From a phage, in the NCBI GenBank assembly GCA_021534775.1, contig GCA_021534775.1_4809.1: DNA of 30,283 nucleotides; one strand, given 5' to 3'. The notes under the pieces are model-generated. The model was not told where the DNA came from and did no database searches. It was given only the letters and a program-made list of their open reading frames with translations. Positions 6,977 to 15,038 of this stretch are shown here, piece after piece; positions within the stretch are counted from its first letter, which is position 1, and each line of letters starts with the position of its first letter. The translations under genes were made by a program, and so were the position numbers.

Positions 6977-7341
6977 GCGTATCATGACGTATCATCCGTA
7001 TTGCCGCAAGTCTTTGTTTTTACTTATATCTTACGGATGATACGTTAAATATATAAATTAACATAAGTATGAGGATATGAAAAAAATTAATATAAATGTT
7101 TTTAAAATGGAGTTAATTAATTTTTCGAATTCTATATATAACGATGCTCAGTTTTATCCGTATCATCCGTAAGATTAATGTACAAGCCAGGCGCGGCAAG
7201 GGCTGTACACTCTTACGGATAGAAAACCATGACGTATCATGACGTAAGGGTGTACCACTTTTGAAAATAGGAATCCAGGAACGGCGCGGCCTGCGGCCAT
7301 GATACGCTTAATTTTTAACCGTATTTTAGGCGTATCAAATG
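6977..7341. repeat. Cluster of direct and inverted repeats flanking an AT-rich core
   Basis: Perfect 15-bp inverted repeat cttacggatgatacg (7030-7044) / cgtatcatccgtaag (7159-7173) around an AT-rich segment of about 110 bp. Further copies at 6987-7000 and 7212-7249; GC-rich islets ccaggcgcggcaagggctg and ccaggaacggcgcggcctgcggcc. Confidence 0.65.
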
Positions 7342-7606
7342 TGTTCAAAACCACGTTTCACGACCCAAGAAAATCCAATCCATAGATAGAATCTAACAAA
7401 CACCACGGACCAATAGCCATACACTATTAAAATATTAACAATCCTGTTTATATATATTTCTAAATATTTCCGCACAATTAATAAATAAAACATCACCTCA
7501 TAATTATTCCATCGCAAAACACGACCCAAACGACAAAAGGCCGCATAAAGCGACCCATTGCACACATTCCATTCTTCGAAACACGTAAACGAGTGTTCTT
7601 TATCCG

Positions 7607-8140
7607 CTACAATTTAGGCATAAATCCTTTGTCAGTCCGCCTTTTTATCTCTCCCTCTATCATTTTATTTGTGACTCTATAACCAATCCTTTCCAATTCC
7701 AGCAACACTTCCTTTTGGTATTTCTTTATTTTCACAATATCAACTGTGTCCCTCCAATAAGAAAATACCTTTTGAATTATTTTTTCATCCATTTTATATC
7801 TTGCAGTCGTCCTGTATTTCATTTTAAATATAGAGTTGATTGCGTCAGTCTTCAACCACTCGCCTCTCAACTCAGGGTGATCATCCCAAAGAGCTATGGC
7901 AAACTCTTGCGGGCTTTTACATCTTTTTCTAAGCTCAATTATATAGTCGACCGTTTTCGTTTTATTATCCAACCTTTCGCGGCAAACTGTGCACTCTTCC
8001 TTGAGCAGCCAGTCAACCTTGTTACTTCGCGACGTTGATTCACCATCCCTTCTGTACCTACCGCAAATGCTTATGCCTTCATTATCCAAGAAGTAATGCA
8101 AGTCTTTAGAGTATTTCGCTTTACGCCAAAAGCCGCCCAT
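7607..8140 (-). CDS. Hypothetical protein (177 aa), AT-rich composition
   Basis: Strong RBS aaggaggg; TGATG stop/start overlap with the upstream gene; Cys pairs (CGRY...CTVC) suggest possible zinc binding. Confidence 0.55.
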   Translation of the reverse strand: MGGFWRKAKYSKDLHYFLDNEGISICGRYRRDGESTSRSNKVDWLLKEECTVCRERLDNKTKTVDYIIELRKRCKSPQEFAIALWDDHPELRGEWLKTDAINSIFKMKYRTTARYKMDEKIIQKVFSYWRDTVDIVKIKKYQKEVLLELERIGYRVTNKMIEGEIKRRTDKGFMPKL

Positions 8141-8559
8141 CACCCCTCCTTAACGACCCGATAAGCAACAATCTTTGCACCAGTCGGGCTTGTGACTTTA
8201 TCCCATGTCAAACTATCCGAAGGAACGGCCTCTTTTGATTTATAACCGTTGAGTAATTCAAACTCAACCATCTTCCCAGGCACCGGATTTTCGCCGCCAA
8301 ACCACACGGTCCACGCATCCTCCTTAATCGGTACATTGCACTCCTTGTATTTCTCAACAGCCTCGCTAAAAAGCTTTATAACATCTTCAGCGGCTTTGAT
8401 GCGCTCGCGGTATTGCTCAATCTCTTTTGTTAGCGACTCATTAAGCTTGAGCAGTGATTCATAGTCCTCATATTCAACGTAGCCGCCTTCATCGTCCTTT
8501 ACAACTTCGCAGGTGCAAGCGTGCTGCGTGCAATAATCAACATCATAACGTTGTGTCAT
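8140..8559 (-). CDS. Hypothetical protein with a C-terminal GG-x-NPVPGK domain
   Basis: ORF with internal start MTQRYD overlapping the upstream stop; C-terminal about 55 aa paralogous to the C-terminus of 9714-10223. Confidence 0.6.
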   Translation of the reverse strand: MTQRYDVDYCTQHACTCEVVKDDEGGYVEYEDYESLLKLNESLTKEIEQYRERIKAAEDVIKLFSEAVEKYKECNVPIKEDAWTVWFGGENPVPGKMVEFELLNGYKSKEAVPSDSLTWDKVTSPTGAKIVAYRVVKEG

Positions 8560-9047
8560 TTTAAGCTCCAAGTATTTAACAGGGTGTTTCGTAAGTTCTG
8601 CACTTCTATCTTAAGCAGGTCAATTTGCAAGTCACGATGGGCCAGTTCAGCGGCGATGTCTGACTTGCTATAAAGTCCTTCATGCGTCATGGCATAGATG
8701 TGCCGCGTATAATAGCCGCCCTCGTCGAGTTGCTCGATGTCACGTTGCCCGACTGCGTATTGGTTATCGGTCGACGGCGCTTGGTCCTGGATTTTGATCG
8801 CTGCCACTTCCTTTAATGAATCGCGTGATGCGGGTCTGTTCTCTTCAAACATCTTTCCATCACCAATTTGCTTGCACCAAAGCGAATCGCCGATTGCGTA
8901 TCCCCACTGGCCGCGCCAATCGTTCCATGCAGGCTTCCCCTCATACGCCCAGATGGTTCCGTTAGAGTCACGCGCAACAAATCTTGCACGAGCGTCTATT
9001 TCGTATTCTTTACCTTCAAAATTGATGCGCTGCGTTTTGTTAGTCAT
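8556..9047 (-). CDS. Hypothetical protein (163 aa)
   Basis: ORF; start and stop overlaps with neighbours. Confidence 0.6.
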   Translation of the reverse strand: MTNKTQRINFEGKEYEIDARARFVARDSNGTIWAYEGKPAWNDWRGQWGYAIGDSLWCKQIGDGKMFEENRPASRDSLKEVAAIKIQDQAPSTDNQYAVGQRDIEQLDEGGYYTRHIYAMTHEGLYSKSDIAAELAHRDLQIDLLKIEVQNLRNTLLNTWSLK

Positions 9048-9376
9048 GATGCATCCTTAGTTGGATAGAATTTAGGGTTGTTCTTATAGAACGCCTTGAG
9101 CCATGCCTTTGCTTCGGCAATGCTGCTGAACTCTTCCTTGGAGAGTCCGGTGCGGTCCTCGCCTGCGACCTTGAAATGGATGCGCACCTTGAGCCGAAGG
9201 TTGGTTGCTCTCGCGTAGTGGCCTTCATAGCCGTCATGGTTAAGACTTACTATCTCGGCAAGTATCTCGCAGTCTTCTTTATTGGGATTGCCGCTGTAAC
9301 AAATCGGCCAGCCGCGACGTTGGAATGATCTGTATTGACCTGTTGGCTCAGGGTCCACGTACCATTTCAATTTCAT
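9044..9376 (-). CDS. Hypothetical protein (110 aa)
   Basis: ORF; ATGA overlap with upstream gene. Confidence 0.6.
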   Translation of the reverse strand: MKLKWYVDPEPTGQYRSFQRRGWPICYSGNPNKEDCEILAEIVSLNHDGYEGHYARATNLRLKVRIHFKVAGEDRTGLSKEEFSSIAEAKAWLKAFYKNNPKFYPTKDAS

Positions 9377-9714
9377 TTAACCTTCTCCAATTGGAATCTT
9401 GTTTCTGGAAAGCCTGCAACAAACATGTCACGGCCCTCGACATCACGCTTCACGAACCAGCGCATTCCGCTGACTACCGTGAAGACAATTTGCCTTCCAT
9501 CAATAATAAGTCCTTTTGCCTCATAAAGCAAATAGGTCTGACCGACCTTGAAGCTCGACAGCTCTTTGCTTGTGCTGGTGCACTTGAGCCGCCACTGGGT
9601 GAGATTGGATTCGCTCGCCTCGATGTCAACAACCTTACCGCGCAGCGGCGATGTGCGCTGAAGCTCTTGCATTTGCTCGTCGAACGTTAGCTCACGGCCT
9701 TCTTGCTCTTCCAT
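9373..9714 (-). CDS. Hypothetical protein (113 aa)
   Basis: ORF; overlap with neighbours. Confidence 0.6.
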   Translation of the reverse strand: MEEQEGRELTFDEQMQELQRTSPLRGKVVDIEASESNLTQWRLKCTSTSKELSSFKVGQTYLLYEAKGLIIDGRQIVFTVVSGMRWFVKRDVEGRDMFVAGFPETRFQLEKVK

Positions 9715-10223
9715 TATTCCTCCACGACTTTGTATTTGATGACATCGCCGTCGCGGTGGCGCTCAATCTTCTCCCAGCGCAATTCATTTGATGCAATCGG
9801 CTTTGTTGCTGTAGCGCCGTCGCGCAACATGTAAAGCACCTTCTTACCTGGGACTGGATTCAAGTCTCCACCATCCCAATCAATCCAACCGTCACTCGCC
9901 ATTGGCTTATCCTTCAAATGATCATACTTCTCACCGATGTGGGCGATTGGATGTTTGCTTTTGTAAAAGAATGCCAACGCGACGTCGTAGCACGGGTGAC
10001 TATGGGAAAGACAAACATCATCACACCAAAGCTCCATGGTGCGCGACTTAAGCGTCATCATATTAGTATACCACTCGATGGTGTAGTGGTCGTTAAGGTT
10101 GCCGACGATATAGAAGTTGCGACAAAACACCATATCGTTTTCCGACTTCTCGCGGCTATAACTTCTGATTGCGCCAGCCTTCACAGCCATTTCCAATACT
10201 GCTTCGAGTTGTTCGATTTTCAT
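9714..10223 (-). CDS. Hypothetical protein with a C-terminal GG-x-NPVPGK domain (paralogue of 8140-8559)
   Basis: C-terminus WDGGDLNPVPGKKVLYMLRDG...SNELRWEKI...IKYKVVEE aligns with WFGGENPVPGKMVEFELLNG...SDSLTWDKV...IVAYRVVKE. Confidence 0.6.
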   Translation of the reverse strand: MKIEQLEAVLEMAVKAGAIRSYSREKSENDMVFCRNFYIVGNLNDHYTIEWYTNMMTLKSRTMELWCDDVCLSHSHPCYDVALAFFYKSKHPIAHIGEKYDHLKDKPMASDGWIDWDGGDLNPVPGKKVLYMLRDGATATKPIASNELRWEKIERHRDGDVIKYKVVEE

Positions 10224-10239
10224 TGTTGCTTTCCCCTAT

Positions 10240-10404
10240 TTATTTGATGGATGTTGTGTAAGAATATACTTTCTTGCGTCGCTTTGCCTTGTACAAACAA
10301 CGGTCGCCGCTGCGATTGTAAATGTTAAGCCAGGTGCGTTTACTAATCTTATACGGTACATGCGGCTTAATGAATAACAAACGGGCCTTAAGATTTGATG
10401 TCAT
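10240..10404 (-). CDS. Small basic protein (54 aa, MTSNLKARLLF...KRRKKVYSYTTSIK)
   Basis: Hand-translated ORF below the track threshold; its ATG overlaps the stop of 10401-10706 (ATGA). Confidence 0.4.
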   Translation of the reverse strand: MTSNLKARLLFIKPHVPYKISKRTWLNIYNRSGDRCLYKAKRRKKVYSYTTSIK

Positions 10405-10706
10405 AACTTACCTCCAAACGTTGCAACACGGATTCCGCAACGTTCAAATGTTAACATAGGGTTAAGGCCGTCGGCGCAAGTAATGAATAAATCATCAACA
10501 ACAAGCTCATACCCTCCGACGTAAAGTATAAACTTATCATCGGTGTTATTTAATAAAAGGATTGCGGCGATGCCGCCTTGATTATTACTAAATCCTATTG
10601 CATTCTCTCCGCTGACTTGCGCCTCGTTAAACTCTTTAATTGCACCACAGTTAACGGCTTCTTGCAAAACGTTCAAAATCTTTTTCTTCATCGCTTCGGT
10701 ACTCAT
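10401..10706 (-). CDS. Hypothetical protein (101 aa)
   Basis: ORF in operon context. Confidence 0.6.
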   Translation of the reverse strand: MSTEAMKKKILNVLQEAVNCGAIKEFNEAQVSGENAIGFSNNQGGIAAILLLNNTDDKFILYVGGYELVVDDLFITCADGLNPMLTFERCGIRVATFGGKL

Positions 10707-10708
10707 AA

Positions 10709-11005
10709 TTAAATCCCCTTAAACATAAAGCCGCTGATGATGGATTGATAATAGGTGATGCCGCGTATCTCTACAACCTTGCACCGATGGGCTTGGCCCT
10801 TGTATTCTATCCACCATACCTCCATGTCAGGCAAATTGTGGCGACAAGTCAACCAGCCATGAAACAGCTCGTATGCCTCACCGATTTTGAACGGCTTAAG
10901 CACGCCGTAAGAGTCATTCCTCAATACGCAGACAACATCTTGGCTGTCTTTGTATACAGCATCATGAAACAATCCGCTTCTGCCAAACCTTTCGTCGCAA
11001 CTCAT
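10709..11005 (-). CDS. Hypothetical protein (98 aa; ORF-track N-terminal extension rejected)
   Basis: Strong RBS aaggagaggtga before the internal ATG (MSCDERF); the upstream 23 codons of the track ORF lie in a terminator/promoter element. Confidence 0.6.
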   Translation of the reverse strand: MSCDERFGRSGLFHDAVYKDSQDVVCVLRNDSYGVLKPFKIGEAYELFHGWLTCRHNLPDMEVWWIEYKGQAHRCKVVEIRGITYYQSIISGFMFKGI

Positions 11006-11033
11006 AATCACCTCTCCTTTGCTTGATGAACTA

Positions 11034-11061
11034 AGTATAATACAGGCAAATAAAAAGGCAA
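11034..11061 (-). promoter_or_regulatory. Sigma70-like promoter (TTGCCT, 16 nt, TATACT)
   Basis: Read on the minus strand; abuts the terminator hairpin. Confidence 0.5.
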
Positions 11062-11081
11062 GCATATAGCTCACCTTTTTG
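11053..11081 (-). terminator. Intrinsic terminator hairpin overlapping the promoter -35
   Basis: Minus-strand RNA: aaaaa GGUGAGC uauau GCUUGCC uuuuu (stem includes G-U pairs). Confidence 0.4.
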
Positions 11082-11083
11082 AA

Positions 11084-11344
11084 TTAAATATTCTTCGCCT
11101 CTTCGTGGAGGCCGACCGACCTTAGTTTGCGTCGCAAGTAAGCTTTCTTCTCGCTCTCCCGCCCGGCTGGAGTAACGCGCCATCGTAATGTGTTCTCCAG
11201 ATTCTTGCGTCTGTTGTGCTCGTCGAGTAGCTCTACCAATGCCTTTGCATCGTCGAGTGTTAACGCCACGGGCCGCGACCCATTAACGGCTTGTCGAAGC
11301 TTCCGCGCGGCAACGGCCAACTTATTCATCGGACCCTTGTTCAC
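11084..11344 (-). CDS. Hypothetical basic protein (86 aa)
   Basis: ORF; ATGA overlap with upstream gene. Confidence 0.6.
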   Translation of the reverse strand: MNKGPMNKLAVAARKLRQAVNGSRPVALTLDDAKALVELLDEHNRRKNLENTLRWRVTPAGRESEKKAYLRRKLRSVGLHEEAKNI

Positions 11345-11724
11345 GGCAACTCCTTATTCATCGGCGTTATGGATAAAACTTTTACTTCTGCAATACGCTT
11401 GTTATGTTCGCGCTTAATTTGTAGAATCTGAGATTGTATGCGCGATATTATGTGCGGTGTAATTCCCTCTTTTACATTTAGCCAGACAGAAATTTGAATT
11501 GAGTCAATGTCTGTTATCAATGTTGTTGTCGACCCAGAGTCGCATCGCTCTCCATAACTTAATTGGCGGTGATAAGATGACGTCTTGAATGCAATAAGTA
11601 ACATCCTCTGTTCAAGTTCGCTTTCGCTCTTAGGATTCTTATCACAGTTAATCATGTGCTGCACGAACTCTTCGTGTGGAAGGTGCATCACATCGTGGCA
11701 ATAAGGGCAACGCTTCATTCTCAT
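11341..11724 (-). CDS. Hypothetical protein with N-terminal Cys/His cluster (CPYCH...H...H...C)
   Basis: ORF; possible zinc-finger-like N-terminus. Confidence 0.6.
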   Translation of the reverse strand: MRMKRCPYCHDVMHLPHEEFVQHMINCDKNPKSESELEQRMLLIAFKTSSYHRQLSYGERCDSGSTTTLITDIDSIQISVWLNVKEGITPHIISRIQSQILQIKREHNKRIAEVKVLSITPMNKELP

Positions 11725-11939
11725 TTTGCATACTCCATAGCATATTGCTGCAGCTTAAATGCAGCCTTTTGTAATTGTTTACGACGCTCATTCAATTCTT
11801 TCCATTCTTCTTCAGGACAATTTAGAGAGTAGGCCTTGTTTGCAATCTTGATTAGTGATAAATGCGTTTGTTGAAAGCGCGACACCATACGCAACTCGTT
11901 GCGCTTGTTGAAAGACAGCTTACCCAGCGCGGCATTCAT
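11721..11939 (-). CDS. Hypothetical protein (72 aa; start at internal ATG)
   Basis: RBS gaggtg 6 nt upstream of ATG; ATGA overlap with the stop of 11936-12253. Confidence 0.55.
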   Translation of the reverse strand: MNAALGKLSFNKRNELRMVSRFQQTHLSLIKIANKAYSLNCPEEEWKELNERRKQLQKAAFKLQQYAMEYAK

Positions 11940-12253
11940 AATCGCACCTCGACACACGATTCACTAGCCTCGAAGCTCCAGCCTTCCAGACCGACTTCGC
12001 CGCAACAGCGCACCTTTGCCCATCCAGTCATGAGCCATTGGCGATACTTTTCGAAGTATGTCGGTTTTTCTGAATAACAATGGACAAGGCCGTCATCGTC
12101 AATGGCAACGTAACGCGTCCAAGGCGCAACGGGTACAACTACGTCGCAGTGGTCCTCTGGCCAAGGCTTGATGTGTACAGCTGTGTTCAAGTCTACGTTT
12201 AACACGCTTCCTAACCGCTCATCTTGTTCCTGGTCGATGCCTAAGTAAATCAT
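11936..12253 (-). CDS. Hypothetical protein (105 aa; ORF-track N-terminal extension rejected)
   Basis: Strong RBS aagtgaggtga before the internal ATG (MIYLGID); upstream codons lie in a terminator/promoter element. Confidence 0.6.
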   Translation of the reverse strand: MIYLGIDQEQDERLGSVLNVDLNTAVHIKPWPEDHCDVVVPVAPWTRYVAIDDDGLVHCYSEKPTYFEKYRQWLMTGWAKVRCCGEVGLEGWSFEASESCVEVRL

Positions 12254-12284
12254 AATCACCTCACTTGTTCGTCTTGATGAAAAG

Positions 12285-12313
12285 AGTATAAGTATTGATA
12301 AAAGAAAAGGCAA
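12285..12313 (-). promoter_or_regulatory. Sigma70-like promoter (TTGCCT, 17 nt, TATACT)
   Basis: Near-duplicate of the element at 11034-11061. Confidence 0.5.
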
Positions 12314-12334
12314 GCATTTAGCTCACCTTTTTGA
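12306..12334 (-). terminator. Intrinsic terminator hairpin overlapping the promoter -35
   Basis: Minus-strand RNA: aaaaa GGUGAGC uaaau GCUUGCC uuuucuuuu. Confidence 0.4.
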
Positions 12335-12337
12335 TAT

Positions 12338-12532
12338 TCATTTCTGCTTTATGTATTCATCAACTATGTCGATGATGTAACGATGTTCAACAAGCCACTC
12401 AAGCATGCTTTCCGGTCTTACGTCGCCGTTTGGAACGCTTCCATAAAGCGTGCAACTGGCATAACAATCCATGAAGTTCTTTATTGCAGCGGCCTTATCA
12501 AGAGTTTTCTGTATGTCTAGTTTAACACTCAT
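12338..12532 (-). CDS. Hypothetical protein (64 aa)
   Basis: ORF with RBS aaaggtga. Confidence 0.55.
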   Translation of the reverse strand: MSVKLDIQKTLDKAAAIKNFMDCYASCTLYGSVPNGDVRPESMLEWLVEHRYIIDIVDEYIKQK

Positions 12533-12550
12533 AAATCACCTTTTTGACAT

Positions 12551-12883
12551 TCATTTTACATAGTGGAGTAGGTCAATCTCTATCTCGTGCCTTGTCCTTG
12601 TTATCTTTGTATCACCCGTCCGGTGAGAGAATCGATAGATGGTCAACTCTCCGTCGCTGCCTGCATCAAACCTCATGCTTGCAAGGCGACAAGCATATAT
12701 TGCATTAAGCTTATTGCCATAAGACAAAAGGTTGAATGTCAAAACGGTATCGCCCATCCTCACATTCTCTTTTATGCACTTCTTTAAGAAGTAATAGGCT
12801 TCGGCAAAGGCGTTGTGTCTTTTCCAGATGTCTTTTACTGATCCGCGTCTGTGCGCGGCGAGTATCTGATCACGGGTCATCAC
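12551..12883 (-). CDS. Hypothetical protein (110 aa)
   Basis: ORF in operon context. Confidence 0.6.
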   Translation of the reverse strand: MMTRDQILAAHRRGSVKDIWKRHNAFAEAYYFLKKCIKENVRMGDTVLTFNLLSYGNKLNAIYACRLASMRFDAGSDGELTIYRFSHRTGDTKITRTRHEIEIDLLHYVK

Positions 12884-13116
12884 TGCACCTCTGTTATTCC
12901 GGTAATTCTAACGATGACTGTGTCATCCAAATTGAACTGCTGCCGCGCGACGCGTTTGATGTCGTCCTTAAGGTCAGCAATCAACTCCCTTGTTAACACT
13001 GTACGCTCTGAAACGTCATATTGAACGTCAAAGGTATACTCGCCATAGAATACCGCGCCATTCGGAAGTTGCACGACATAGAATGCCATATACATAGCGT
13101 TGATATAATCTTCCAT
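12880..13116 (-). CDS. Hypothetical protein (78 aa; start at internal ATG)
   Basis: RBS ggag before MEDYINA; TAATG overlap with the upstream stop. The track start at 13230 would overlap the upstream gene by 115 nt. Confidence 0.5.
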   Translation of the reverse strand: MEDYINAMYMAFYVVQLPNGAVFYGEYTFDVQYDVSERTVLTRELIADLKDDIKRVARQQFNLDDTVIVRITGITEVQ

Positions 13117-13463
13117 TATACATTCTCCACTGGTCGACGAATGAGTTTGCGTAATCCTTCGGGCCATACCTTCTTGATCACAGCTTTCGCTGGGCTGGAT
13201 GAAAGCTTCTTCAGTTTCAATAGAACACACCCCTCATCATCGTTCGGCTGCACCTGGATAACGACGCGCGCTTGTCGGTCTATGACCATGACATCGCCAA
13301 TGCGAATGTCTTTTACCAACACACCCATCTCCTTCGTGCCGGATACGCCATTGATGTGATCAAAACCTTTTCGCAGCGGCTTCATTCTTTCTTCTCCTGC
13401 CATTTCTCTGACACGTTTCTTGATCTCTGCGCCAAACAACACTTCGTCTTTAACATGAGCCAT
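13116..13463 (-). CDS. Hypothetical protein (115 aa; start at internal ATG)
   Basis: Internal ATG 10 nt downstream of the upstream gene's stop; the track start at 13541 would overlap by 90 nt. Confidence 0.5.
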   Translation of the reverse strand: MAHVKDEVLFGAEIKKRVREMAGEERMKPLRKGFDHINGVSGTKEMGVLVKDIRIGDVMVIDRQARVVIQVQPNDDEGCVLLKLKKLSSSPAKAVIKKVWPEGLRKLIRRPVENV

Positions 13464-13941
13464 GGTCGAGTACCTTATAGAATTTAGTGGTGAATCGCTC
13501 GTCGCCATAGTAGCGATACTTGCCGCCGCCTGTGTTATCAAACCTTACCCATTGAATTAAAGTCTGGTCAGCGTCGTGCGACACGTGAATCACTCGGCCA
13601 TTGACAGGAATTGCGCCCTCTTCCGCGTCCTTGCTTATGATTGAGTCGCCGTTCTTGATGTCAAATATGTCAATTGGCTTAAGGCGCGGCTTTTTATTAA
13701 CATAATTTTGAATAGGAACTTTTATGCAACGTGATTGATGGTGAATAGGTCTTGTTGCACCCTTGACGTTGCGCTTCAACAATTCATCAATGGCATAGTC
13801 AACATCATAACTTTTAAACTCATTTATGATAAAGTTTCTTACCTTTACACGAAGGTTGACGTCTGCCTCTGCACGTCTCAATGCGTGTAAAATTTCTTCA
13901 CACTCTTCTTTGTTTAACATTAAAGGGCGATGGATGATCAT
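13450..13941 (-). CDS. Hypothetical protein (163 aa)
   Basis: ORF in operon context. Confidence 0.6.
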   Translation of the reverse strand: MIIHRPLMLNKEECEEILHALRRAEADVNLRVKVRNFIINEFKSYDVDYAIDELLKRNVKGATRPIHHQSRCIKVPIQNYVNKKPRLKPIDIFDIKNGDSIISKDAEEGAIPVNGRVIHVSHDADQTLIQWVRFDNTGGGKYRYYGDERFTTKFYKVLDHGSC

Positions 13942-13943
13942 AA

Positions 13944-14099
13944 TTAACCTCTGATTTGTGACACAAAACGTTTATAATGTTCTTTGGCCAGGACGCGTGC
14001 GCGCTCTTTCGTGTGGCCGCTGGCTTCAAGTACGCGGCGAAGCTGCTTGATTGCGTCTGCCTTACTGATTTTGTTATTGCTAAATTGATATTTATTCAT
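13944..14099 (-). CDS. Small basic protein (51 aa, MNKYQFSNNKISKADAIKQLRRVLEASGHTKERARVLAKEHYKRFVSQIRG)
   Basis: Hand-translated ORF below the track threshold; ATGA overlap with the stop of 14096-14319; fills an otherwise unexplained 150-bp gap. Confidence 0.45.
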   Translation of the reverse strand: MNKYQFSNNKISKADAIKQLRRVLEASGHTKERARVLAKEHYKRFVSQIRG

Positions 14100-14319
14100 G
14101 CTTCACAAGCCGCCTTGATTTGACGTGGAGTTACGATGACGACTTCACCAACCAGTGACTTGTCATCTTCTTTTACCGTATCGATTCTTACACGGTAATG
14201 ATTGCGACCGCGTGAATCAGTAAGGTATTGGTCCAGCTCAAGGATGGTGCCTGCGCGCATATTCTGTCCTGACATCCAACGGATACGGTCGCCAGCCTTA
14301 AGGGTTTTCTTGCTCATTT
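14096..14319 (-). CDS. Hypothetical protein (73 aa; start at internal ATG)
   Basis: Internal ATG (MSKKTLKAGDRIRW); the track start at 14482 would overlap gene 14325-14603 entirely. Confidence 0.5.
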
Positions 14320-14324
14320 TCAAC

Positions 14325-14603
14325 TCACTTATAATATTTAAACATAGCCGCGCAAAAGTCTTGCATGGCATTCTTAATTTGCTTCTTGAACAACGGATCA
14401 TGCATCGTATCAACATTCGTCTTAATCCGAACGTGACCGATAACATCAAACGCAGTTGCTGGCATCGGCTCATAGATTTCATGATCGTTCAAGATTATAT
14501 CTAGCTTTGACTCAGAAATCACGGGATAATTCTTGCCAGCAGTAAATTGGTCATCAATAGATGATGTGCACTTGACAAAGAATACTTTGTATGTAGTAAT
14601 CAT
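14325..14603 (-). CDS. Hypothetical protein (92 aa)
   Basis: RBS aagga 7 nt upstream of ATG. Confidence 0.55.
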   Translation of the reverse strand: MITTYKVFFVKCTSSIDDQFTAGKNYPVISESKLDIILNDHEIYEPMPATAFDVIGHVRIKTNVDTMHDPLFKKQIKNAMQDFCAAMFKYYK

Positions 14604-14809
14604 AGAGAATCCTTCGGGCCGCAGTAGCGCCCGTCCAGGTAGCGGTCATATTGGATTAAAGCGAATGTTTTTAGCGAAAGGTTACGGCGCTTAAACAGAT
14701 GACCAGTTTCTGGATTCTGCTCGTGCGCCGTTGGATAAAGGCGTGAAAGGTAGTGGATGAGGACTTGTAAAGCCCTACGTTGATTTGTTATTCTCCCCTG
14801 TGTATTCAT
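14600..14809 (-). CDS. Possible hypothetical protein (69 aa)
   Basis: Stop overlaps the next ATG (ATGA), but there is no clear RBS and it overlaps 14775-14999 by 35 nt. Confidence 0.35.
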   Translation of the reverse strand: MNTQGRITNQRRALQVLIHYLSRLYPTAHEQNPETGHLFKRRNLSLKTFALIQYDRYLDGRYCGPKDSL

Positions 14810-14999
14810 GGCTGAATCTACCCTCTGTCAATATCCGGTCATGGATGACTATACCAGTGCAGCGCAGGCGGTTGGCATTGCTTCGCGCCTTTGCTGCTTG
14901 ATGAGGATTGAACAAGCCAAACAAACTAGCCTTAAAAGCAAACTGGTAATATTTGATTAAGGTACTAAGTGCCAACTCAATCCTGTCTAAATTAATCAT
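14775..14999 (-). CDS. Hypothetical protein (74 aa)
   Basis: Strong RBS gaggtga. Confidence 0.6.
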   Translation of the reverse strand: MINLDRIELALSTLIKYYQFAFKASLFGLFNPHQAAKARSNANRLRCTGIVIHDRILTEGRFSHEYTGENNKST

Positions 15000-15038
15000 A
15001 ATATCACCTCGTCAGAAAAGCAAATATTTTGATGATAA

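Noticed and set aside
6750-7040. Plus-strand ORF 6750-7040 (96 aa)
   Set aside because: Overlaps the minus-strand promoter and motif array at 6747-6812 and runs through the inverted-repeat region; no RBS.
7335-7565. Minus-strand ORF 7335-7565 (76 aa)
   Set aside because: Lies in an AT-rich intergenic region; hydrophobic low-complexity translation; no RBS.
10709-11074. N-terminal segment MLAFLFACIILSSSS as a lipoprotein signal peptide
   Set aside because: The segment is a translation of the terminator/promoter element; the real start is the downstream ATG with a strong RBS.
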